From a virus (Duplodnaviria; Caudoviricetes): 30,909 bases of DNA. The position numbers were made by a program, and so were the translations under genes. Below, piece by piece: positions 23,791-30,909 of this stretch. The DNA is taken from the IMG/VR virus record IMGVR_UViG_3300020042_005969, positions 1 to 30,909 of that record; one strand, written 5' to 3'. Position 1 is the first letter of the stretch. Every line of letters starts with the position of its first letter. A model generated the notes under the pieces. That model made no database searches. It was not told the origin of the DNA and was given only the letters and a program-made list of their open reading frames with translations.

Positions 23791-26436
23791 CTATTGAGGT
23801 CTGACATTCACAACTTTTGCATTTGGAAGTACAGAAGATGCTCCGCCTCCCTGACCGGCGAACTCTGGGTATGTTGCATTAATTGCTTGCAATAGGTTAT
23901 TAGCTTCTTTTGGATTTATTAGTTGAAGTATTTTATGTTTTGCAATAGCGTCTAAATAATCTTTTGCTCTTGTTGCTTGAGTGGCAGCATTTCTTGGTTC
24001 GGCGGAAACACCTGCGGCATCAACTCTTGCACCTGCCTGTACGCCCGCTACATTTTCTCGGGTTGCGCCTTGCAACTCAGCTATGTACCTTTTTACATCA
24101 GCATAGTTTTTGGTTTCAAAATAAAGTTTCATGGCTGAGGCGTAATCAATACCCTTCTCCTGCATGAGTCTGTTAATTATGCGCTCTGCTTCTGGAGTGT
24201 TAATGGCTTGAGTAAGTGCTGCTGTGCGCTCTTCTTTCTCACGCTCACGTTTAGCTGCAAGTGTGGCAACACCGGCAGTGCCTAGGTTCTCCATTGCATA
24301 CTGAGACTTGCCAGCAAGCAGATTGAATCCAAGGTTCAGCCAGTCATCGCTAGTAAATCCTTTGGTGGCAGCAGACTTAGGAGTCTCCTCTTTTGCCATC
24401 TTGATAATTTCTTGGGGAGAGCTTGGCGGTGCTGGGTATCTGCTTTGCAAACTGGCTATTTCACGGGCTATGTTATCTTCTTGTGGGGCTGGCTCCGCCC
24501 TCTCCGTAATTGGATACCTACGCTGTAGATTGTCTCTTTCACGGTCTATGTCATATGGCACATCCACTGGAACAGCTTGCTCCGCATTGCCTGTTGACAG
24601 ACCATCTCCAATTACATTAACTGCATTATTAAGTCTTGTTGCATCAATAATAGCATTGGCGGGTTTAATAACTTGATTGAGCTTGTTAGCTTTTTGGGCT
24701 GCATCAATAGCATCAAGACCTCTTTCAGCACCTGTTGCTAATTTGGTCTCTTCTGCAATCTTTGCAGCATTGACCGCAGCTTGCTCATCAGCTTTCAGGT
24801 TCCGAAGTGCTTGTGCATTTCTGGCTGCTGCAAGTTTTTGATTCATCTCAACAGCGTCAGCACCAAGAGGATATGTTCTACCTGCATCGTCAACCTTGCT
24901 GACAGCAGGTGCAGAATTTTTAGCAGCACGAGCAGCCGCAACCTGTTGATTCATCTTTACTGCTTCTGGGCTAAGAGGGAACCGTGTCCCCTGAGAAGTA
25001 AGACCACGCTTTGCTTTTTCTGCATCAGACAGAGCCTCTAGTCCTACTGTAGGCTTAGGCGGCACTGGGACTGGAGTGGCAAGTCCACGACGGATTTTTT
25101 CTTCATCGGACAAGGCATCAACACCACCCCGTGCGGTAGATACAGGGGGAGAGAGACGTACATTGGCAACTTTGGCGGCAGCAGCAGCGGCGGCTTCATC
25201 TGCTTGAGCAATTTTGGCAAGCCTAGCGGCATCCGCTGCTTTGTCAGCAGCAGACATTGCCTTGGGAATTCTGAAGGGGCCCGTAAATCCTGCTGTTGCA
25301 TTCAGAGTGTTAGAAGCGTTCCGCTGAAACTCTTGGCTCAGTCCAGCATTACTAGCCGCTCTTTCAAAAAACCCACGGGTATCTTCTACAGGCAATCCAT
25401 TGGGGCCAATAAACTGTTCTCTAGGAGCAATCCGTTCGCCAACACTTCCCATGCCTTCATATATTCTTTTGAGTTGGCCTAACACGCTGCGGTCAACTTC
25501 TCCTGTCGTTCCACTTTCAGGTACTTGAGCACCTCCGCTTGTTCTAGCCGGTAGCGGGTATCTTGCTGAAGCCTGACTTTGCGGGGCAGCTTGAGGAGTT
25601 ACTTGTGCTGGAGCTTGTGGAAGCTCTCCCGCATTGGCAGAAGATATGATTGAGTTACCACCACGAGGTGCTGCTGCAACTTGACCAGTGATTGGCCTGA
25701 AACTAGCCATGCGCTTGGCAACATCATCGCCATATTCTAAAGTTGTTGGGTAGTCTGGATTCTTTGGGTCAGCTACTGCAATGCCTTTTCTGGCTTTGTC
25801 TAAACCACCGGGGCCACCATAATAATATGCACCAGCAAGTCTAGGGTCTCCGCCAGCCAGTTTATAACCTTGACTGGCATAACGAATTCCAGCCCGCATG
25901 TTGTCTAGTGCGTTGTCAATCTTCATACCGGGAGATGCAACAGATTTAAACGTTTCCGGCAGTATCTGCATCTGACCAACTGCACCACGATTGGAAGTGG
26001 TTGTGTTTGTCCCGCTTCCAGTTTCCTTGCTATAGATGGCTTTTAGAAACGCTCGACGGATAGGGTCTGTTACGCCTTCCATATCCAGTGCAGTGTCAAA
26101 GCTGGGTTCAGCCTTTACTTCTTTGCCATCTTTAAACGCAACAATCCCACCGGTTGCCATGCCACGCATATTGGGTGCAGGCAAGGCTCCAATGCCTTGC
26201 TGCTCTGGAAGAACGCTTTGCTGAGGAACGTCCATTTGAGCAATAGCTGTATCAGCTACCTTGGGCTGCTGCTGCGCCTGCTGTTGACCTCCTGTGCGGA
26301 TTTCTTTCCTGCGATTGGATTCGCTGATAGCCAATGAAACTGTGTACGGGTCATCCCTGTGCATCTGAGCAAATTGCTTCAGCGCTTGGTCTGGCATCTT
26401 TGACAGACGGGAGGCGATTTGATTTACGTTCAGCAT
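23791..26436 (-). CDS. Internal virion protein with lytic transglycosylase (SLT) domain (881 aa)
   Basis: AIYSKETG (catalytic Glu), SNRGAVGQMQILPET, NMRAGIRY, AGAYYYGG. Confidence 0.88.
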   Translation of the reverse strand: MLNVNQIASRLSKMPDQALKQFAQMHRDDPYTVSLAISESNRRKEIRTGGQQQAQQQPKVADTAIAQMDVPQQSVLPEQQGIGALPAPNMRGMATGGIVAFKDGKEVKAEPSFDTALDMEGVTDPIRRAFLKAIYSKETGSGTNTTTSNRGAVGQMQILPETFKSVASPGMKIDNALDNMRAGIRYASQGYKLAGGDPRLAGAYYYGGPGGLDKARKGIAVADPKNPDYPTTLEYGDDVAKRMASFRPITGQVAAAPRGGNSIISSANAGELPQAPAQVTPQAAPQSQASARYPLPARTSGGAQVPESGTTGEVDRSVLGQLKRIYEGMGSVGERIAPREQFIGPNGLPVEDTRGFFERAASNAGLSQEFQRNASNTLNATAGFTGPFRIPKAMSAADKAADAARLAKIAQADEAAAAAAAKVANVRLSPPVSTARGGVDALSDEEKIRRGLATPVPVPPKPTVGLEALSDAEKAKRGLTSQGTRFPLSPEAVKMNQQVAAARAAKNSAPAVSKVDDAGRTYPLGADAVEMNQKLAAARNAQALRNLKADEQAAVNAAKIAEETKLATGAERGLDAIDAAQKANKLNQVIKPANAIIDATRLNNAVNVIGDGLSTGNAEQAVPVDVPYDIDRERDNLQRRYPITERAEPAPQEDNIAREIASLQSRYPAPPSSPQEIIKMAKEETPKSAATKGFTSDDWLNLGFNLLAGKSQYAMENLGTAGVATLAAKREREKEERTAALTQAINTPEAERIINRLMQEKGIDYASAMKLYFETKNYADVKRYIAELQGATRENVAGVQAGARVDAAGVSAEPRNAATQATRAKDYLDAIAKHKILQLINPKEANNLLQAINATYPEFAGQGGGASSVLPNAKVVNVRPQ

Positions 26437-26444
26437 GATTTGCC

Positions 26445-27980
26445 TTACATTTTACTTAGAGCCAACTCAACCAATCCACCGGTTTTTTTGGTTGTAGTGG
26501 TTCCGCCAAACAGACCCTGAGACAGGGCCCCAAGTCCAGCAACTTGACTCAATGTAGAAGGGGGAGCCTGATAAACAGACGTTCCTAAATTGGAAGTTGG
26601 AGTCCCACGGATGATGTCCGACATGAAATTAAGCTGCTTGTACGGATTGTTCTGTTGGTTCAAGAAATCTTGATACTGCTGGCTCAGAACGTTTTGGGTT
26701 TGCTGTTGTTGCTGACCACCAAATGCATTCTGAATGCCCAAGGCATTGGCCTGTTGCCCGTAGATGTTCTGTCCCACAGCGCCAAGGTTGCTCATACCCT
26801 GCATACCGGCTTGAAGGCCCTGTAGACCAAGACCCGCACCATACTGGCGCGACTGCTCGTTAAGCTGGTTGGCTGACTGCCCGTACTGAGCGCCTAAGCT
26901 TGCCGCTTGTAGGTTCTGGCCTGCGTTGAACTGCCCCGCTTGGTTCTGAGCGGCTTGATTAGCCAGCGCGGTCTGCTGATTTAGCTGGCCTTGTTGCAGC
27001 CCAAACTGGCTCTGCGTCTGCTGGTTAGCCAGAGCAGCTTGTAAAGCCTGTTGTGCGTTTAAACCTTGCGTTTGTAGTTGTGCAGCTTGATTCTGCACAT
27101 TGGCCTGCTGTTCCGCAGACAAGTTAGCCAGCGAGGTTTGTAGCCCTGTCTGTGCGCCAAGCTGCTGAACACCAAGTGCTGCGCTTAGGTTTTGTCCGCC
27201 CGTGGTGAGCCCTGCCTGCTGGTTTGCCTGTTGTGCTGCCAAGCGGGCCTGCTGTTCTGCGTTGAACTGCTGCTGCGCTTGCTGGTACGCAGCTTGGGAG
27301 CCCTGCGCTTGGATGTCGCCCATCTGCTGACTTAGATTGCGCTCACGTTCCGCCCGCATGATGGCATCACGACCCCCGCCAAAAGCTCCGGCTTGCGCCG
27401 CCTGTGCCTGCTGTTGCGTACCTTGAATACCCGACTGGCGTTGTGCTTCGCGCTTTTGGATGTCCACCACGCTCTGCATGTACGGAGACATGTAAGCATC
27501 TGCTGCACCGGGCTGGGCAAAGCTTTGTGTGTTTACACGTTCAGCAGGCCCCATCTGAAAGTTTTGCAGACCGGGGTTGTACCCAGTTTGCGCCGTGTTC
27601 ATCATTGGCGCGTTGTATTGCCCTGCACTAACCATCGGGGCGCTGTTTAAATTTGTATTTTGCGCAGTCTGTGCGCCGTAACCAATCCCCTGTGGGTTAA
27701 ATTGATTGCCGTAGTTGCTTGGGTTGTATCCGGTGTTGGCAGCCCTGTTTGAATAGTCAAGCAGTCCTGATGCCGCATCAAGGGATGCCCCGGACGGGCC
27801 CAACTGTCCAGCGCCAATAAACGACTGTTGCTGTAATGGATTGAACTGAGCAATCCGTTCTTGACCGTATGTTTGATACGGAGAACTGGTGAGTGCTTCA
27901 GCTTTACCTAAAAGGGTCTGAGCATAGGGAGCTACTTCAGGTGCAAAACCTACCGAGTTGATGTATGTTGCGTCTGCCAT
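26445..27980 (-). CDS. Gln/Ala/Gly-rich DNA ejection (pilot-like) protein (511 aa)
   Basis: YMSPYMQSVVD, AGAFGGGR, repeated ANQ motifs; position among ejection genes. Confidence 0.8.
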   Translation of the reverse strand: MADATYINSVGFAPEVAPYAQTLLGKAEALTSSPYQTYGQERIAQFNPLQQQSFIGAGQLGPSGASLDAASGLLDYSNRAANTGYNPSNYGNQFNPQGIGYGAQTAQNTNLNSAPMVSAGQYNAPMMNTAQTGYNPGLQNFQMGPAERVNTQSFAQPGAADAYMSPYMQSVVDIQKREAQRQSGIQGTQQQAQAAQAGAFGGGRDAIMRAERERNLSQQMGDIQAQGSQAAYQQAQQQFNAEQQARLAAQQANQQAGLTTGGQNLSAALGVQQLGAQTGLQTSLANLSAEQQANVQNQAAQLQTQGLNAQQALQAALANQQTQSQFGLQQGQLNQQTALANQAAQNQAGQFNAGQNLQAASLGAQYGQSANQLNEQSRQYGAGLGLQGLQAGMQGMSNLGAVGQNIYGQQANALGIQNAFGGQQQQQTQNVLSQQYQDFLNQQNNPYKQLNFMSDIIRGTPTSNLGTSVYQAPPSTLSQVAGLGALSQGLFGGTTTTKKTGGLVELALSKM

Positions 27981-27989
27981 TTCAATTCC

Positions 27990-30509
27990 TTATGCTGGAA
28001 GGTGACGAGCAGCTTTGCTGTTTTTTGCCACTTGCTTCTTACCGACGGTCTTTCGGCGACCGGCTTGGATTCTGTCCATCATCTTGTACAACTCACGAGC
28101 TCCTGCGTCAGTAGAACCGTTGCCAAGTTCTGACACGATTCGCGCAGGAATCACAAATTCGCCATCTGCAAGGCGGGCTGGCTGACCCCGACCAATTGTA
28201 GCTGGGATAGAGTCAGACACACCATCTCCGGGGCCCTTGAGCAAGCGCCCGCCATCGGAGTAGGAACCGAGGTTGTATTGGTGCGTTAGGGCGGCTATGC
28301 CGCCGTGAGCCATGCGTTGGTCAAACCGACCGTGTTGTAGGTAACCACCTCTGGCATCACCACGGTCACTATCATTGCTATAACCTCCACTCTCACCACC
28401 GCCGCTGCTTTCGCCGCCGCCATAACCGCCTTGACCGTCGTGTGCTGCACCCGGAGAGCTTCCTACATCTTGACCATAGCCTTGTTGTCCATCGTGTGCT
28501 GCACCGGGAGAGCTTCCTACATCTTGACCGTAGCCCTGCTGCCCATCGTGTACACCTCCATAGCCGCCTTGCCCCTCATGGGCAGCGCCGGGAGTCGTTC
28601 CTACAGGGTTAAAATCCGGAGTCCCCGGCCCCATGTTGTACGGGTTTGGTGTGATACCTGTGGGATATCCGCCAAAAACGTCTGCCTCAACATCAGGTGT
28701 GACTGGAGTGCGCTCATACCTTGCTGGGCCACCTGTGCTGCTTTCTGGCCCAAAGTAGTCTTGTATTTTGTCGTAGGCAAATTTAAGCGGGGAGGCAATC
28801 AGCCCCACCACATCTTGTGCTATTGCCGCGTTAGGGTTTTCTAACCGCCACGCTTCTCTTTCTGCGGGGCCCATTGCTGCCCACTGGGCGCTAAAACTGT
28901 TAGGGTCTTCAGGCTCATTGCGGTCACCACCCCCGCCACCACCCACATCTCGCACTGGTGCTTCAAACACAGGTGGTGCAATATCTACGGGGGTTATAGG
29001 GTCAGGAATAAATTTGTACTGTCCTGTTATAGGGTCAAACTCATAGCGACCTTTACCCGTTTTGGGCTTGTTTGGGTCAGGTTGCATTCCGTCTTCAGGA
29101 ATTCTGGGCTGCATTCCCGGCGGGAATGGGCGGTTGGGGTCGTATGGGGGGTATTGCCCACCACCGCTTGTTGGATTCACGCCCATCAGGTAGTTGTACG
29201 CATCGCGTGAAGCGCCATACATATTGTTTTCTGGCGGCGGGGTTGTCGGCCTAAATAAAGATTGCCGGTCGTACCTACCAAGGTTAGATTGGGGGTTTAA
29301 TCCATAAGAAAACATAGATTGACCCGGAGGAGGGGAAGAAGATATAGGCGGGTTGATTGGCCTACTTTCTTGCGGAGGCACAGATTGGCCCGGAGGAGGG
29401 GAAGATATAAATGGGTTGGTTGGCGTATTTTCTTGCGGGGGCACAGATTGGCTTGGAGGAGGGGAAGAAGATACGGGCGGGTTGATTGGCGTATTTTCTT
29501 GCGCTAAACGCCCCAAGTAAGACTCATACGCCCTGTCGTTTTGCCTACCCAAGCTCCCTGAGCCTACCGACCCAAAGTATGGGGAGTCGTACATGTCCGA
29601 CGTACCAATCATGCCGAACGGGTCATCACTACTGTTCGCCTTCAAATAAGCCTTGTATTCGGGAGATTCAAAGTACGCGTTACCCGGCCCTACTGCGGGA
29701 GAGGGTGTTGCACCCGCATAACCACCACGAGCCAAAGCCACCAAGCCACCGTTTGCAGCGGAGTAGGGGTCACCGGCTGTGTAGAAATCATTGAAATACC
29801 GGCGCTCCCCAGATACAGGGCCTGCGTATTCCTGTTGAGGGTATGTCTGCTGCCGTGAGAACGTTTGAGGACGAATCATGCCCCGGTTGGGTGCTGGAGT
29901 GGCGGTTTTTACATTCTGGTCAGCCATGATTGCCGGTGCTGCTGCGGCAAATGCAGTTCTTGCAGCGTTTAAACCACTACCACCACCAAAAGAGGTAATA
30001 GCCTCCATTGGTTTATTTGCAAACATATTGCCAAATTTACTAGCACCTTCGCCCACAGCGGTTTTGTAAGCGTCGCCTTTTAATGCAGTCATAGCTGCTT
30101 CTGATGCGGGGGTTGTTGCTGTTGCTGCTGCTCCCTCCCCCACCAAACCCATACCTGCAAGACCTCCAACCATACTGCCACCGCCCCAAGCTCCTAGACC
30201 TGCCATCAAGCCCTTGCCCAAGTCTTTGGAGTCCAGTGCAGAAATGCCACCGACAATACCAGCCGCCATCATGGGGGTGATTGCGCCGCCGCTGAAGTAA
30301 GTAAGCCCCGCCCCTGCAATGGTGGGAATAAGGCTGTCCAAAAATCCTGCTTCAGGCAATCCTGTATCGGGGTTTACAGTTAGTTCTCCGCCATGTTTCT
30401 TTGCAAGTGCTTGCAATCCCGCCACTTCCCGGTTGGACATGTGGACGAGGGTCGAGTCTGGGCCACGGCCCTTTTGGGCTAGGTGATTGGCAACAAGTTG
30501 AAGGCTCAT
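27990..30509 (-). CDS. Virion/ejection-associated protein (839 aa) with conserved ends and low-complexity middle
   Basis: N-terminal GRGPDSTLVHM...TVNPDTGLPEA; C-terminal GPGDGVSDSIPA...ARLADGEFVIPA...GNGSTDAGA, motifs I recognise from podophage structural modules. Confidence 0.85.
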   Translation of the reverse strand: MSLQLVANHLAQKGRGPDSTLVHMSNREVAGLQALAKKHGGELTVNPDTGLPEAGFLDSLIPTIAGAGLTYFSGGAITPMMAAGIVGGISALDSKDLGKGLMAGLGAWGGGSMVGGLAGMGLVGEGAAATATTPASEAAMTALKGDAYKTAVGEGASKFGNMFANKPMEAITSFGGGSGLNAARTAFAAAAPAIMADQNVKTATPAPNRGMIRPQTFSRQQTYPQQEYAGPVSGERRYFNDFYTAGDPYSAANGGLVALARGGYAGATPSPAVGPGNAYFESPEYKAYLKANSSDDPFGMIGTSDMYDSPYFGSVGSGSLGRQNDRAYESYLGRLAQENTPINPPVSSSPPPSQSVPPQENTPTNPFISSPPPGQSVPPQESRPINPPISSSPPPGQSMFSYGLNPQSNLGRYDRQSLFRPTTPPPENNMYGASRDAYNYLMGVNPTSGGGQYPPYDPNRPFPPGMQPRIPEDGMQPDPNKPKTGKGRYEFDPITGQYKFIPDPITPVDIAPPVFEAPVRDVGGGGGGDRNEPEDPNSFSAQWAAMGPAEREAWRLENPNAAIAQDVVGLIASPLKFAYDKIQDYFGPESSTGGPARYERTPVTPDVEADVFGGYPTGITPNPYNMGPGTPDFNPVGTTPGAAHEGQGGYGGVHDGQQGYGQDVGSSPGAAHDGQQGYGQDVGSSPGAAHDGQGGYGGGESSGGGESGGYSNDSDRGDARGGYLQHGRFDQRMAHGGIAALTHQYNLGSYSDGGRLLKGPGDGVSDSIPATIGRGQPARLADGEFVIPARIVSELGNGSTDAGARELYKMMDRIQAGRRKTVGKKQVAKNSKAARHLPA
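28420..28600 (-). repeat. In-frame 54-bp repeats (HDGQQGYGQDVGSSPGAA)
   Basis: Two full and two partial copies. Confidence 0.9.
29319..29503 (-). repeat. In-frame 63-66-bp repeats (QENTPINPPVSSSPPPSQSVPP-like, x3)
   Basis: Three degenerate copies visible in DNA and protein. Confidence 0.9.
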
Positions 30510-30518
30510 AAATAGTCC

Positions 30519-30909
30519 TTAGACGGCGGCTATAGGAAGCGCGGAGACAAATGACATTGTAGCTACCACAGACTGCGTGGATGGCTTGGTTGGGCTACCT
30601 GATGCAGCAAGATGCTGGATAGAAACGGCTGTGTTGGGTATAGACCAGTAAATCTCTACGTAGTCATTTGCCTCCATATACAGGAAGTAGTTCCAGCCAA
30701 CAATTGCATGCCCGTCCGTTCCGGCATGCCTGTTTGGGATAGATACAAAACCTGTTGAGCCAGAAATATCTACGCCGTTTTGCTGTAACCAGATGTAAAC
30801 GTCTTGAAACGCAGTATCGGTGTTTTGGAACTGTGTGCTGAACTGCAAGTTGTATATACCGGAATTTGCCACCGTGATTTTTGAACTTGCAATGCTGACA
30901 CCGTTGGCA
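30519..30909 (-). CDS. Virion/tail protein, beta-sandwich C-terminal domain (5'-partial)
   Basis: Frame open to the window end (ANGVSIASSKITVANSGIYNLQFSTQF...DYVEIYW), C1q/TNF-like strand pattern. Confidence 0.75.
   Translation of the reverse strand, partial: ANGVSIASSKITVANSGIYNLQFSTQFQNTDTAFQDVYIWLQQNGVDISGSTGFVSIPNRHAGTDGHAIVGWNYFLYMEANDYVEIYWSIPNTAVSIQHLAASGSPTKPSTQSVVATMSFVSALPIAAV

Noticed and set aside
14776-30069. Short plus-strand and alternate-frame ORFs within the virion genes
   Set aside because: Fully nested in long motif-bearing minus-strand CDSs, with no recognisable motifs of their own.
1-30909. Alternative genetic code or stop-codon reassignment
   Set aside because: Long ORFs are intact in the standard code and TAA, TGA and TAG all end genes at sensible junctions.

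Overview
Fragment of a tailed dsDNA bacteriophage genome with podovirus-like organisation; no host genes, tRNAs, integrase or CRISPR were seen. Left end (minus strand): small terminase and a large terminase that runs off the window and is missing from the ORF track. A divergent control region (1640-2055) holds a promoter-terminator unit for a ~90-nt RNA. The plus-strand early/middle arm (2056-14342) has ~30 mostly small genes, including an amidoligase + class-II glutamine amidotransferase pair, a stand-alone RNA polymerase alpha-CTD homologue, several HTH proteins and an HNH/Ref-like nuclease. It is punctuated by three families of intergenic palindromes, RNA-type hairpins and an IHF-flanked inverted-repeat/AT-rich element, and contains no recognisable DNA replication gene. 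Right half (minus strand): end of the virion module, with a tail/virion protein, three ejection-type proteins (one with a lytic transglycosylase domain) and a 3153-aa polyvalent protein (zincin, glycosylase-like, SAM-lyase-like, HDxxxH, ART and LPD38-like segments). Best leads: the anti-Shine-Dalgarno small RNA, the SAM-lyase-like domain, the enriched GTTTAAAC octamer, the palindrome-punctuated cassettes and the missing replication module. All family calls come from motif recognition by eye, not database searches.
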